A DNA stretch of 61,420 nt. Origin: Gracilinanus agilis (Eukaryota). The DNA lies in assembly GCF_016433145.1 (NCBI RefSeq), contig NC_058133.1, forward strand, positions 514,874,065 to 514,935,484, written 5' to 3'. Of the stretch, positions 1 to 13,630 are shown piece by piece; within the stretch, counting starts at the first letter, position 1; each line of letters starts with the position of its first letter. The notes beneath the pieces were generated by a model. It worked only from the letters and a program-made list of their open reading frames with translations, searched no databases and had not been told where the DNA came from. The position numbers and the translations under genes are program-made.

Positions 1-189
1 TAGGACTAAATGAAGTTATATACCAGTGAACTCTATGAGGCACTTACAATGGAAATTGATATTATGCAACTTAAACTGTTTTAAAAATTGAAGAAAAGCT
101 TTATGAGACTATCTCTATAGAATACATATATCCTCATACACAGAGCGAGAAGAGTTCAATAACAGAAATAAAACTGTAGTCAAATATTT

Positions 190-990
190 CTTTTTTTATT
201 TTATTTTTATTTTTATTTTGAATATTTTCCCATAGTTACATGTTTCATGTAACTTTCCCACTCCCCAAATCCTGCTAATCCCCCTTAGCCAACACATAAT
301 TCCTCTGAGTTTTACACGTATCATTGATTAAGACCTAATTCGATATTATTGATAGTTGGATTAGAGTTATCATTTAGTATCTTCATCCCCAATAATATCC
401 CCATCAGCCCATGTGTTCAAGTAGTTGTTTTTCTTCTGTGTTTCACCTCCCATAGTTCTTCCTCTGAATGTGGCCAGTTTTCTTTCTCATAAGTTCCTCA
501 GCCTTGCTCTGGATCTTCGCAATGCTGCGAGTAGAGAAGTCCGTTATGTTCAATTGCACCACAGTGTATCAGTCTCTGTGTACAATGTTCTCCTGCTTCT
601 GCTCCTTTCACTCTGCATCAGTTCCTGGAGGTCATTCCAGTTCACATGGAATTCCCCATTCCCCTCTCATTTTCCAATTTTTTACCACTACAAAGTGGCT
701 ATACATATTTTTGTACAAGTCTTTTTCCTTATTATCTCTTTGGGGTATAAACCAAGCAGTGCTATGGCTGCATCAAAAGGCAGATAGTCTTTAAAAGCCC
801 GTTGAGCATAGTTCCAAATTGCCATCTAGAATTTTTGGATCAGTTCACAACTCCACCAGCTATACATTAATGTCCCAATTTTGCCACATCCCCTCCAACA
901 TTCATTACTCTCACCTGCTGTCATTTTAGCCAATCTTCTAGGTGTGAGGTGATACCTCAGAATTGTTTTGTATTCAAATATTTCTAATGC
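190..990 (-). mobile_element. LINE-1 3' end fragment (marsupial L1), antisense
   Basis: T-rich tail at ~190-220. The antisense L1 3'UTR/ORF2-end sequence (aatgtcccaattttgccacatcccctccaaca) recurs at ~16.4k and ~47.1k. ORF-track ORFs 425-787 and 468-794 are its antisense read-outs. Boundaries approximate. Confidence 0.85.
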
Positions 991-1039
991 ATATTTAAAC
1001 ACAAAAATTGAATAAAATATTTGCATCAAGGTTAAAACA

Positions 1040-2965
1040 ATATGCTAAACATATTTCTTGGGAATTAGAATAAAATAAAGCCAACAATTAGATCAAATTT
1101 ATTCACTATTGGGAGCATTTAATTATAACATATGATTTTTATAATCTCCCCAAAGAAAAATCTTATGGCACAATATAATATTTGAGCATGTCAAAAATAT
1201 AAAAATCCTTGGAATAAAAGGACCATTTTTTAGTATGCTCAGAATTATTTATAAAACCAAAAACCAGCCTAATTTTTATTAGAAAAACATTAGAAATGTT
1301 TTAAGTAAAATCTAGGATAAAACAAGGAAGAGCATTTTCACTAACATTTACTGGCATATTATAATTGTTACCTACAGCCAATATGGAAAGATAAAAGTAA
1401 TCGAAAAAATATGTACAAAGATAAAACAACCCCAGAGATCTAAAAAATAGCTTCACTAACTTAACAAAATGCAATATAAATCTATAGAAATGAACAACTT
1501 TTATATATTTTACTAAGTAAAACACCAGAATCAAGTGACAAAAATGAAGACCACCCAAAATAATCCTAAGATCAAAGTGCTTACCTGAGAATACATAAGA
1601 ATGATATTATGAGCAAATTAATATTTTTTAATTACAGAGATATTCACTCTTTATTGTCAAAGGTTTATCAATTTGGTTTTAAAAAATAATGTTACCTGAA
1701 TAAATTTAGAGGCTTAATATTATCCCAATCAAGGTGCCATGGGTGTCTTTGATAGAATTAATTAAAATGATAAAAAAAATAATTTTCAGGAACAAAATTT
1801 CTCACTTACAAAGTCAACAATGAAAAAAAAGAAAGAATGCGATATCTTGTAGTACCCGATCTCATACTGCATATAAAGTTGTAGTCACTAAAACTATTTG
1901 GTAGTGGTTAAAAATATATAGAAAAATAGAATGATGGACTAGGCAAGGTAGTTATAAAACCCCTTAAATATCATAATGTTTGATAAACTCAAGAAGACAA
2001 ACCATAAGGGAAGGACTACTATATTGAAAGTTCTGTGGAAAAAGGAAAGGCATTTGTCCAAAATTAGATTTTGATCAGCATAATCACATCCTTTTAAAAA
2101 ATATATAGAGAACAATGGAATGAGAGACTTTTTAAATCTAGATTTGTGGGATTCTTAATTATGTAAAAGTTATAAATAATCATAAAAACAAAATAATTTC
2201 AATTAAATGAGTTTTAAACATTTTTTCCACCAACAGCAATATGGCAAAGATTAGACAGAGATTTTCTTTTAGGGGCAAAATCTTTAAATCCAATTTTTCT
2301 CATAAATGTCTGACACCAAAGACACATAAGAGATTGAAATAAATACATAAGTGATCAAAGAAATGAGTAATTTTAGAAGAAAAACAAATATGTGAAAACA
2401 TCTTCTGAATGTATCTAACATGAAACATTCTAATTTAAAACAATTTTGTAAACTGGGAAAAGTTTTATAACAAGTGTCTCTGATAAAGGCCTCATTTCTC
2501 AAATATATAGAGAACTGAGTCAAATTTATAAGAATACAAGTCATTCCCTAGAAAGACCTTTAGGAACTGATGCAGAGCAAAAGGAGCAGAACCATGAGAA
2601 CATTGTACACAGAGACTGATATGTTGTGGCACAATTGAATGTAATAGGCTTTTCTACTAGCAGCAATACAATGATCCAGAACAATCCAGAGGAACTTATG
2701 AGAAAGAAAGTCATCCAGAGAAAGAAAGATATCCAGAAAGTTATTCAGAGAAAGAACTGTGGGAACAGAAACACAGAAGAAAAATATATGTTGATCACAT
2801 AGTTCAATGGGAATATGCTCATGGTTCTGATGTTAAAAAATCGCTCTATTGCAAATATTAATGACATGAAAATATGTTTTGAATAATGATACATGTATAA
2901 CCCAGTGGAATTGTTTGTCAGCTGTGGGAGGGGAGAGGGAAGAAGGGAAAGAAAAATCATGAATC
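1040..2965 (+). mobile_element. Degraded LINE-1 ORF2 and 3'UTR fragments, sense
   Basis: Decayed ORF2 motifs, e.g. cccgatctcatactgcatataaagttgtagtcactaaaactatttggtagtgg resembling L1 PDLKLYYKAVVIKTIWYW. Also ctgataaaggcctcatttctcaaatatatagagaactg and a purine-rich 3'UTR end at ~2930-2960. Confidence 0.75.
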
Positions 2966-4282
2966 ACTCTACCCCTAAGGAGGGTAATGTGGAAAATTAT
3001 TATTAAATTACACTCCTTCTTGCTTGCACCAAAGCCTTTTGTTTTTAACTCAGTTTTATCATCAAGCTGAAAACTGTCTCTTGCTATGTTGGGTCCTCCC
3101 TTTTTTTATCTAGATGTAAAAACTAGCAGTATGGAGACCTACTCCTTATTTATCTTTAAATAAAATTTCTATTGCGTAAGGAAATAATCAATCAGCTAGT
3201 CACATGCTATATTGGAAGCCCCATATAGCCATGTTTCAGTTACTTGGTGTCCAGAAGACCTGCTACTTCTTGGGAGGAAGTCTCTTGAATTCATTTCCTG
3301 TGTATCCATTGTCCAGTGAGAAATCTCTCAGGATGTTCTGGGCAGAGATTGGATTATGAACTCACAGGTAGTGCATGTTGGCTTTTGGGACAGAAAGTGG
3401 GGCTTTCCCCCCCTTTTTTCTAAGACTAGAAGCTTAGCTTCTTGTGCTTATGTCTCTCTCATGTGAGCCCTACTTGGGTTATTTTAGTATCTCTCCAGCC
3501 TTTGTAGGGAGTCTTCTGGCTAGTTTAGAAATCTTGAGCAGTCTTTTAATAAAGTAATATAAAACTAAAAATATAGCCACCAGAGAATTTCATTCATTAC
3601 AGTAATGACTAAAAAGCAAGATTTCTGATATGCTGAACTATTCCTAGCAATAAGTTTTGGAGTAGAAAGGGAAAAAAATAGTGTTCCTCAATAGACTAAT
3701 GACCTACAAACTATGGCATATGAATGTATGCAATTTATTGATATAAGAAATGACAAATGCAAGGGATTCAACAAACATTTGGAAGATGCAAGCAATGATG
3801 CCAAATGAAGTATGCAGAAACAAGGTAAGTACACAATGAACAAAATTATGTAAAATAAAGTAACAAAAATGTTAAAACTCAGATCAAAGTAATGGCAAAT
3901 ATGACTCTAGAGATATGATGAACACCTATACTTCTCATTTCTCAGTAAAGGTATGGTGGATTACAGACACAGAGTAAGTAAGACACAGGATGTCAATTTG
4001 TTGATACATTTTGATTAACTATTTTATTAAACAGGTTTCAATTTTGGAGAATGGTACTGGAAAATGAGGGAATAAAAAAGTATCAAATTCTTAAGAGACT
4101 ATTTATTGTTATCTTTATATGTTATTTATCGAGGCAGTCTTAAAAATAGCATTGGCTTTCATGATCTTTACTCATCTGAAATGATGATGAAGAGATGAAA
4201 TTTCTTAAAGTTCTTTGAATAGTTAGTGAAGGCTTCTTTCTCCCCAGAAAATGCAAGGTGTTTAGAACCTTTTATACTTAGA

Positions 4283-5218
4283 TCAGCATTTCCAAGAGCA
4301 CTTGGAAAAGACTCTGAGCTTCCATAGTACCCTTAGGGCAGTGAGTCTTAGTTTGTTGTGTCCAACAATAAGGATAATGGAGTGGGCCAATGGGTACATG
4401 ATCATAGCCATCAAAGTAAACAGTACAGACTTCTTCCTTTCTAGCATTGAGTCATTTTTGATTATTGAGAACATGCCTATATAGTAGCCAACAAAGAGGA
4501 AGAGGAAAGAGACCATGGATTTCATGACCCTCACATGAGCCTCTATGCTGGGGTCTCTGGAACCTGTGGCATTAAGTTGCATCTGCTGAGTGTGCCGCCA
4601 TAGTGACAGGACTAATAGAAAACAGGAGGTCAGAGACAGAGCAAAAGGAATAATTCCCCCTACATTGAATATCATCATAATCCCAAAGCTTGGGTTTTTA
4701 TGTACTTTTATCTTCTGAGTCAAGTTTAGTTTGTTTTCTAAATTAACAGTTACTTCTAAGACATCACTCATCAATGTTACCATAAGGGAAAGAAGAAAGG
4801 AGAGAAAACAGCAGCTTAGAAGCACCTTGAGGACGACTTTGTTTAGCCTCCACTTCAGCCAGAGGAAGATGGGGTGGGAGAAGTTGGCAATTTTCAGCAA
4901 GTAAAAGACAGCAAGACAGGCAGAGAACCAGGCACTGGCATCGTTGGTCAAACTCCACAATACATTGGAGTTTTTCATTTCGCCCAACAAATATGAAGAA
5001 GGATAGAATAAGAGGGTAAAAATATGTGTTGTGATGATTCCTAGCAAACCAATTCTGGAAATGGCTAAGCAAATGAGAATAAAATTTAAGTAAGAAACTT
5101 TTCTGGTCTTGACCCAGTCAATGCAGTTCACAACTCCAATGAAGGCATTGGCCATAATTCCAAGTAGGACTTCTCCAGTTGTTACAGTTACATACATTTT
5201 CTCCACTGCATTTGACAT
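4283..5218 (-). CDS. TAS2R: Bitter taste receptor type 2 (TAS2R), intact, 311 aa
   Basis: Single-exon 7TM ORF with TAS2R signatures: GIMANAFIG (TM1), LAISRI (TM2), FYLLKIANFSHPIFLWLKWR, LSLWRHTQQM, RDPSIEAH, YPLAHSIILI..NKLR. ECL2 N-glycosylation sequon NLT. Family is certain; a numbered ortholog cannot be assigned. Confidence 0.96.
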   Translation of the reverse strand: MSNAVEKMYVTVTTGEVLLGIMANAFIGVVNCIDWVKTRKVSYLNFILICLAISRIGLLGIITTHIFTLLFYPSSYLLGEMKNSNVLWSLTNDASAWFSACLAVFYLLKIANFSHPIFLWLKWRLNKVVLKVLLSCCFLSFLLSLMVTLMSDVLEVTVNLENKLNLTQKIKVHKNPSFGIMMIFNVGGIIPFALSLTSCFLLVLSLWRHTQQMQLNATGSRDPSIEAHVRVMKSMVSFLFLFVGYYIGMFSIIKNDSMLERKKSVLFTLMAMIMYPLAHSIILIVGHNKLRLTALRVLWKLRVFSKCSWKC

Positions 5219-5527
5219 TTTTTGAGGGAAACTGTACCTTTAATCCTACTGATGAATTAATTTTCTGCCAAAGTTAGCAGGTTGATTTATCTTCCTCTTA
5301 TTATGACAATACTTTATTCCTCTGTCTTCATCATAATCTTATCTTGGGTTAGAAAGTGTCCAAGCCTGTTAAGGGTAGTTCCCTTTGGGACAACCACTTC
5401 TGCCCCTTGTAAACCTTTCTGCAAGGGATATTTTTGGCCCACATCCTATACACACCTACTCAGCATTGTCAGATGATAACTTCTCATATGTCTACACGAC
5501 TAAGGGGCAGAGCTGATTTTTTCCAAA

Positions 5528-5587
5528 ATGTAAATGAAGAACAGATTCTATTTCATTGTTTTTCACTTTCTTCCTTTGACTAATTTG
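5528..5587 (-). promoter_or_regulatory. Conserved TAS2R upstream module, copy A
   Basis: + strand ATGTAAAT(5528-5535)-gaagaacagattcta-TTTCATTG-N21-CTAATTTG, 310 bp upstream of ATG 5218. Conservation is seen directly; regulatory role is inferred. Confidence 0.7.
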
Positions 5588-5743
5588 TCTAAATAAGAAT
5601 AAAGCCAACAGCCTTCAACAAACAGACACAATGGAAAGTATAGAGGCTCAGGAGTCAGAGAACTTGGATCTTAAAACAGCTAATGTCTTCTGGTCTCCAA
5701 ATGTGCCAGAAAGACACTAAATTGCAAGACCCCTACTTTCCAC

Positions 5744-5746
<3 letters not shown>

Positions 5747-5795
<49 letters not shown>
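5747..5795. repeat. (CA)n microsatellite
   Basis: About 24 perfect CA units. Confidence 0.98.
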
Positions 5796-5797
<2 letters not shown>

Positions 5798-6560
5798 CTA
5801 CAATGATTTTTTTTGTGAAATGAACAGTTAAAAGAAGACAAGAACTCAATAAGGTTCAACATAAAAAAAATCTCTAAAAGAGACATTCTGCAGTTCCTCT
5901 AAATCCCCATCTTTGGCTGAATTGGCCAGGGATCTAATATCTCCACATCTCTCTCTGACCCTATTGATTTCTGTCTTTAGATAATTGTTTGCTTGAGAGA
6001 GTGTCAAGGATCACAGTATATTTCTCTGAAAAGGGCCTCTGAGGTCATCTGGTCAAAGTTGATCATTCTGATCCTCTATTTCCTTATCTCTAAGATGAAA
6101 AGATTGGACTTGATGGCTTCTGATATTCCTTCCAACTCAAAATTAATGATTCGATAAGCCTCATTTTACAATTGAGGGAAATGAGGTCTGAAGAGGTTGA
6201 AAGAGTTGTCTAAGCTCAAACAGTGACAGTAATGATGTGAACCCAGAGACTGTAACCTGAAGTCCAGAATTGTTTCCATCATATCAGGTGAAGTAAAGGA
6301 GAGTGACAAAGATAGAATTCACTGATGTTTCCATAAGTATCTCACATTCTAATTAAGCTTATGGTATATTTCTCTACGTCGGTAAGAAGAAAATTGGAAA
6401 GATGCTGAGAATCATCCACTTAGGGAGGGTCAGGAAAAGAGCTTTGGACTTATAGAATCCCCATCTACTTGTACCTGTGATGAATGGAAGAACCACAGTA
6501 AAGACGTTCTGGGACTCAGATGACTTCTTTCATTATGTAAGACACAGACAGGCCATAGCT

Positions 6561-7462
6561 CTAACTCTGTATCTTAGAGTTTCCCAGAGCCTTGAAAATA
6601 GCCCTAGATTTCCATAGGTCCCTCAGAGAGGCTGACCTCAACCTGTTATGCCCCAGTTGGCCATGACTTATATAATAAACAGCATGACCTTATTATTATT
6701 CAACAAAGAAAGAAGACTGAGAGTCCTGTAGTTATGGCCAAGTAGTAGATTTCAGAGAAGAGGAGGAAGTAGAGCACAGCTTTCATGGTCCCCCCACAGA
6801 TCTCCATGTGGGGCTTCTAGAACCTATGACTCTGGTCACCATTTTCTGAGTGTGTCTCCACATTGATAGGACTAGTGGAAAATGGGAGGACAGGGAGAGA
6901 GAAAAGAATAGAAACTCCTCTGCTCAATACATAAGAGAATCTAGATGAGAAAGTTTAGAGATATGCTGACTTAGAAGTTCTCCATCATATTTGTTGTCTT
7001 CTGGACCCAATGTTGGCATTGAAAATATCACTCTTACTCTCAATAGAAGGTAAAGGAGAAAGTATATGAGAGGGCAATTCATCAATACTCATTGACACTC
7101 TATGTTAATTACTTACAGATGGAGTGAGGGAAGTTCATGGTCCTTCAGGTTGGCAAAGATGCTGACAGAGAGGGCAAACTGGGCACTTGAGTGGTTTCAG
7201 AATCCAGATGACCTGCATGTATATTATTGTGTTGATGGCATAACCTTTGGATGAGACCACTCCTACAGTGGATTAGCATTATTGCCTAAATAGACCAAGT
7301 CTGAAAAAGGTCAGCTCAGTAAGGATGAAGTCCCCTTTGGACATGCTTCTGATCCTGACCCATTCTATACCATCAACCAATACAATTAAGCTACTGGCTA
7401 AAACCCTCACTAGAACCCTCCAGAAGCCATGGAACAAAACAGTTCTTGAGAGAATTTATCAT
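6561..7462 (-). pseudogene. TAS2R pseudogene (frameshifts, stops, deletion in TM7)
   Basis: Minus strand reads MINSLKNCFV..MASGGF..VRVLASSLIVLVDGIEWVRIRSMSKGDFILTELTFFRLGLFRQ*, then ..WRHTQKMVTRVIGSRSP.. and ..GHNRLRSASLRDLWK.. in broken frames. The YPLAHSIIL segment is missing. Confidence 0.9.
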
Positions 7463-7562
7463 GACTGAGGAGATGAGTCAGCTTTAAGATTGCTGCTGAT
7501 GAATGACTTTCTACCCAAAGTCTCTGCATCTTAATATGGTGGCAACCAAATTTTCTGTCTTT

Positions 7563-7762
7563 ATTTTTTTTTACCTTTACTTTCTGTCTTAGAATCAATA
7601 CAAGTATCAGTTCCAAGGTAGAAGAGCAGTATGGGTTAGGCAATTGGTGTTAAGTGATTGGCCCAAGGTTACATAGCTAGGAAGTGTCTGAGGCCAGATT
7701 TAAATCCAACTCCTCTCTAATCCAGGTCTGGTTCTCTATCCACTAAGCCACGTAGGTACCCC
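7563..7762 (-). mobile_element. SINE1_Mdo/MAR1-type CORE-SINE inserted between pseudogene ATG and its upstream module
   Basis: Antisense SINE body (gcccaaggttacatagctaggaagtgtctgaggccagatt) with a T-rich tail. Flanked by the near-direct repeat ccaaattttctgtc / ccaaatttttggtc. Confidence 0.85.
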
Positions 7763-7961
7763 AAATTTTTGGTCTTTAGAAAGGCCTCATCCTTCAACTA
7801 GGAAATACTCAGTTCTACAATGCAACGAGGCATCAGGTAGATTCTGGGAAATCACTGTTCAGCATTGTATGCTTCTCACCCAGTGATACAGTCCTCTCGT
7901 TATGATTCTTTGGAAATTTTTCACGTGATCTGACTAAGATAATGAGCTCTTGTTGGTGAAG

Positions 7962-8013
7962 ATATAACAAATGGACTGATTTTATTTCATTTTTCAGATG
8001 TTCTGAAAATTTG
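7962..8013 (-). promoter_or_regulatory. Degenerate TAS2R upstream module, copy B (octamer broken)
   Basis: gagctcttgttggtgaagATATAACAaatggactgattttatttcattt..aaaatttgcc aligns with copy I (tagctcttgtttgtaaagATGTAAATgatggatggatttcatttcattg). About 285 bp from ATG 7462 once the ~215-bp SINE is removed. Confidence 0.5.
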
Positions 8014-9603
8014 CCTAAGCAAAAGAAAAACAACAGTCCAAGACACAGAAAATACAGAGACAAAGATCTTAATATAAGGTTGTAGAACAGCAACCAATTT
8101 CAGAGGAAAGAATACTGGATATTTGGGTTTGAATCACAGCTCTGCCCAATACTGCTTGTGAGACCACACACAAATCATTCAGGTTCCCTGAACACAAATT
8201 ACACTGAATTAAATTTTCATAGTATCTCTGCTAATACTATCTTCGAAGGACAGCACGCTGTAATAATGATAATAATTTTCATTATTATTATTATATAAAG
8301 ATTTAATTTTTGCCAAGCATATTACATATGTAACCAAATTTGGACCTCTAAAAAGTCTCAGCTATCAGGTGCTATTTTTAATCCCCATTATAAAATTAAA
8401 AAGAATAAAACTAAGAGAAGTTATTTGGCCATGAACACATGGCTAGTATGTATCTTAGGTGGGATTCGAACTCAGATCTTGAGAACTCATCCAAAATTCT
8501 ATCCACTGTGCCACCTGAAGTGAATAGAGTGAAACTCTGAAAGGTGTGGCTTTCAATCTCACCTGTGATTCAGTAAGTGAATTCATTTTTCTCTTCCTCA
8601 ATTTATTTCTTTTCAAAACGAAGATGGTGTAATTCTTAGGTCCCTCACATCTCTAAATATGTGATCTTATGGCTGAAAGATGAATGGTTCTTAAAGACAA
8701 ACCAAAGGAGAGATCCTCTGTCCTTAATGTAGGACAGTCAGAAACTTGAAGGCCTAAATCCCTAGGAGTCAGATGTTCTAAAATGGCCAAGATTCTTGTC
8801 CTTTGCCCATTACCTCTCTCTACTTGTCTTTGAAATGGCCTATTGTGGGGTTCTGTAGTCTTGCTACTAGAGAAGAAGGCATTAATCCCCAGTAGAGTAC
8901 AAGGAAGCACAACATGGTGGCAAATCTGATTGAAGTGAGAAGAGGCCGGAAAAATAGATGATTCTAGCGGTTAGACCTTTGTGGAAAAGCTGTAGTTGCA
9001 TGGACACCAGAAACTAAGAAACCAAGGTCTATCTTGTTGGCAATCTCTATCCATAAGTTTTGAAGACCTTGCAAAAGCTAACACTAAACCATCCCAGGAC
9101 TTTGATTTAGAATTTGTTTCTTTCCTTAAGATGTTAGTGTACTTCCTCTACCAAAATCTCCTTACCTGCTTCATTGTGGTACAGAATTGAACCTGAGTTC
9201 TCAAAGGAAATTCCAAGAGATCAAAACCTCTGAATACCATCCCCAGCTGACCTACTGCTGGACCATGTACTTGTCAGTGAGAACCAGCACAAGTTCAGAG
9301 AAATTTACTATTAGGTTACCTACAAAGTAATTTTTTTTATTTTAAGTTTTTGACTACAAAATTTCCCAGTTACTATAGATTATTTCAGAGAGAGATCAGG
9401 AGAGAACTGACCAATGCTTACAAGTTCATAGGTTCTGGAGATATGAAAGAGAGAGGTAGCAATTTTTCCTTTTTCCTGCTTTTCATATTTTTCTTTTTAA
9501 ATTGTATTGATTTTTTTAAATGGTCAATATTAATTTCAGATAAATGAATTTATCTTAGAATCAAGAAAAACATTTTAGGAAATTTAGTCAAAAGAATACA
9601 CAA

Positions 9604-9803
9604 GGGAGCAGCTGGGTAGCTCAGAGGATTGAGAGCCAGGCCTAGAGATAGGAGGTCCTGGGTTTAAATCTGGCCTCAGACACTTCCCAGCTGTGTGACC
9701 CTGGGCAAGTCACTTGACCACCATTGCCCACCCTTACTACTCTCTGCTTTGGAGCCAATAAACAGTATTGACTCCAAGACAGGAGGTAAGGTTTTTAAAA
9801 AAA
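9604..9803 (+). mobile_element. SINE1_Mdo-like SINE, full length
   Basis: tRNA-like head gggagcagctgggtagctcag, CORE region and A tail. Near-identical to copies at 15306, 30886 and 52314. Confidence 0.92.
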
Positions 9804-9859
9804 TACACATGTAAGATAGTATCTGTCATGTTCCTCACCCATCATCCTCCAACTCTCTA

Positions 9860-10560
9860 ATGAAAAGAGCTGATTCTCTTCTCTCCACTCCAGCATGCTG
9901 TATATCTAAAAGGGAAGAACAAGGCATCAATATAAAGGTGATAAAATGGGAGAAGAGGACTCTTGGGATTGGGCATTAAGGTGAGATAAAGAAATTTAGG
10001 AAGTGGTTAGAGATAGAGATGAATGTATAGAGATTGGAGAGAAGGATTTCAGAGTTATGGATTCTATAAAAAGCAATAATTATGGGTGATACTGAGATTC
10101 GAGTTATGTTTATTCTTATGTATGACTAGATTAAAATAAATATGTAGGTTATAGTTGGTGATCTCAGAGGGACAGAGTGTTTGTAGAGTCATCAATGTCA
10201 ATTCTGAAATTCCAAACACTAAGGAAAGGGGTGAGAATGGAAAAAAAATGAACTACTGTTAAGGCGCAGAGTCTGGTAGAGGTCGCCCACAAGGATTGGG
10301 GACCAGCTAATGAGATAGATGAAGTAAACCTTAGATAAAGAGAGGATGTGGAGTCATGATGACAAAGGGATGGCTTTGAAATATCAAAGAGGAGCAAGGA
10401 TATTCTCCCTCAGGACAATTTAAGAGAAAGAATATTCATTATTTGAGACAGTGGTTGGAGAAGCAAGGGTTCTTTCTGTTAGAGCCAAGAAAATGGGGTG
10501 AGATGGAAGTGATATCCAGAATGAGGTAGACTTTTCTTTTTCTTTTTTTAAACAAGAATC
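9860..10560 (-). mobile_element. L2 LINE endonuclease remnant
   Basis: Minus-strand translation ..FSILTPFLSVWNFRIDIDDSTNTLS resembles the L2 APE motif LGDFNIHxDDPSNTLA. Purine-rich + strand typical of antisense L2. Confidence 0.6.
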
Positions 10561-11169
10561 CAGGTGTTACAGAGGCTGAAACAAGAAAAGGAGGTTATCA
10601 ATCATGAAGGGTTAGGGTTTAAGTTGGTATAAATGACGGTATGAAAATAAATGAAGGGAGAAATGTCGATAAATTATAGAACACATTACATTTCCTGAAA
10701 CTCTTGGGGACACCATAGATACCTTGCCATTCAGCAGTTTACCCATACATGATAGATACCACCCATGATAGATCCCACGCAGAGAATGTTCCACCCACAA
10801 ACTGTTAGCTCAGAGAGGTGGCTATTATGGAAGCCAGAGAAAGTTTGTCACTATCTCTAAGAAGGAAGGAGTATCCACATACACTGGGGAGCACCAGGAA
10901 TTTCTCCTGGGAGATCTTCCCTTCAGTGTCAAATTAGTAAGAGTCTGCTGTCTCTGATCAAGGAGAAGTCTCCAGTTAAGGTCCCAGTCAATCAGTCAAA
11001 GTAACTATGTGCTGGGCACTCTTCTAAGAGCTACCCTACAAAGAGAGACAAAGAACTAGGGAGTTCCTGAGAATAGGACAACACAAACAAAATCCCTAAT
11101 ACAAAGAAAAACACAGAAACATAGAGATCAATACAAAAACTAAGAGTTAAAGTAGCATGTTTATGCATT

Positions 11170-11265
11170 AAAGATTTTATTTTTAATTTCTTTTTTCACT
11201 TAAATTTATCATTTCTCCTTTCCATCTGTTACAATCATTGAAAAGGGAAGAAAAAGAAAACCATA

Positions 11266-11321
<56 letters not shown>

Positions 11322-11760
11322 CAAGCAAAAAAAATTTCCCAAATTGGCCATGTCCAAGAAACATTTTTCAATCAGTACCCAGAATCAATCACCACTCTTA
11401 AAGGAAGTAGGTAGCATGTTTCATCATGAATCCTCTGGAGTCATGATTGCTCATTGCATTGATCAGTTTTCTGAAATCTTTCCAAATTGTTTTTATTTAC
11501 ATTATTTTTGTCATATCAATTGTTTTCCTAGTTCTGCTTATTTCACTGTGCAACAGTTCATATGTCTTCCCTGAAACCACCCCTTTCATTGTACCTTATA
11601 ATACTATACCATTTCAACTATAATACCACATTTGTTTAGCCAATCTTCAACTTATGGGCACCTCTTAGTTTCCAGCTCTTTGCTACCACATGAAAGAGCT
11701 GCTATAATATTTATGTATTTGTGATTTCTCTTCCTCTTTTTTGATCTGAGGTAAAGGCAT
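11170..11760 (-). mobile_element. Old L1 3' fragment containing a (CA)n tract (~11270-11317)
   Basis: T-rich tail and antisense L1 3' motifs (ccaatcttcaacttatgggcacctc, tttgctaccacatgaaagagctgctataat). The CA repeat is embedded. Confidence 0.65.
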
Positions 11761-12199
11761 AATAGTTGTATCATATCAGCAGTATTTTCAATATTAGTAA
11801 TGGTTATCATGGTGGTAAGTAAAGGAAAATTAAAAACTCATCTAGTTAAGAAGTGTAATATCATTTTAGAGGAATACATATTCCCTTAGTCTTAACAAGT
11901 TTCATAACAGTATTATAACAGAAGATACCCAAAGACATGAAACCATAGATATTAAAAACATCAATATTACATACATTTATTAAATTAAAACCAAAAAAGA
12001 ATACACTAAATAACTCTAATAAGATATAAATGGTCAGTCTAATTTCAGGAAGACATAAACATACTTCTTTCCATCAGAAACATATCTGAAAGAAGAAATA
12101 TATATATTTATACACACACACACATATATAAAACTTTGGAAAGTACTTTGCCAATAATACCTCTTTTTTCTGCCCAACAACTCTTGACAAATAAACTAA

Positions 12200-12940
12200 G
12201 ACAAGCAGACTAAGTAATCTGCCCAAGTTCACATTGCTAATAAGAACATGAGGCAGGATTTGAAGACTTGGGTCTTCCTCAGTCTAGGCCCAACACTCAA
12301 TCCACTGAGTCATTTAACTATCCAGCTAAGCATGGAAGTGAAGGATGTGTGCAGAACATTAGAAAAACTAAATGTCACAAATCTTTGGTGATTCTAAATT
12401 TTTCTGATATAGATAATAAACTAAGGCAAAAAGAATGAATCAATAAGAGCAAAAAAGTTGTTAAAATATTAAACACATCTTCTAGGAGCCATGTTCAAAG
12501 ACTTCAATGGATATGAGTATTTGGAGTCAGGAAGATCTGAATTCAAATATGGCCTCAGACATTTATTAGCTTATAACCAGAGACAAGTTACTTAGCCTCT
12601 GCTTGCCTCAGTTCTTTTGACTATAAAATGAGGATAATAATGTTCTCTACTACCTAAGTTGCTATATCAAATGAAATAATATTTGTGAAAATGTTTAGCA
12701 CAGCACCTAGCACAGAGTGTTGTTTCACTAATTTCTGTCCTTTGACTCTTTGTGGCCTCATATGGAGTTTTCTTGGCAAAGATTTTGAAGGGATTTGCTA
12801 TTTCCTTCTCCAGGTCATTTTATAGATGAGAAACTGAGGCAAACAGGATTAAGTGACTTGCCCAGAGTCATATAGCTAATAAGTCTCTGAGGTCAGATTT
12901 GAACTCATGAAGATGATTCTTCCTGACTTTCAGATCCAGC
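12200..12940. mobile_element. Cluster of MIR/MAR1 CORE-SINE fragments
   Basis: CORE motifs such as gagtcaggaagatctgaattcaaat..ggcctcagac and ttttatagatgagaaactgaggcaaacagg..aagtgacttgcccagagtc. Confidence 0.8.
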
Positions 12941-13630
12941 ATTCTAACTTAATCTGTAGTGTTCACTCACACTAAAAATGTTCAATGCACTCATTGCAAG
13001 TAAGTTCAAGTTGGTTCCAGTATACCCCTGGATATATGTGTATGAATGTATATAAACATATGCTTTTACTTTTAGAGATGGAGCTATACAGACATGCATA
13101 TTCTAAATACAAGCAGGCTATAGTCATGCATGTGCATAGGTATATATATGTACATACTCATACTTATAACTCGTGTATTAGTATGCATATACTTGATATA
13201 TATGTAATTTTACTTACAAGTTCCTGGAAACAGGATTATCATCTGAAGCAATATAAAGTAATAATAATATTGGTCTATACTTCTCTTTCTTTGCTTTGCC
13301 TATTTTTAGTTTGTATATTAGGACCATTTTTGTTTTGTAAAATTGATTTGATAGTATCTTCTTTCTCAAATTTTAAAAATAATCTCTGTATTAGAGTTAC
13401 TAATTGATCTTTAAATGTTTAGCAATAATTACTTATAAATGACACCCACACTTATGTGTTACAGTAAGTGTATTATATTGTAACAATAGACATTTCCAAG
13501 AAGCAGTGTTTCTTATTTTAAGTTAATTTAATTGACTGGTCAAGATAATCTTAACTCTCTCCATGATCCAAAGAGACACTTAAGGAAAGTGAGTGGAACC
13601 AAAATGCTATGCCATCTCTTACCTAAAGCC

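Noticed and set aside
9604-9680. tRNA-like sequences at SINE heads (also 15306, 52314, 58332)
   Set aside because: tRNA-derived SINE 5' ends continuing into CORE and A-tail; not tRNA genes.
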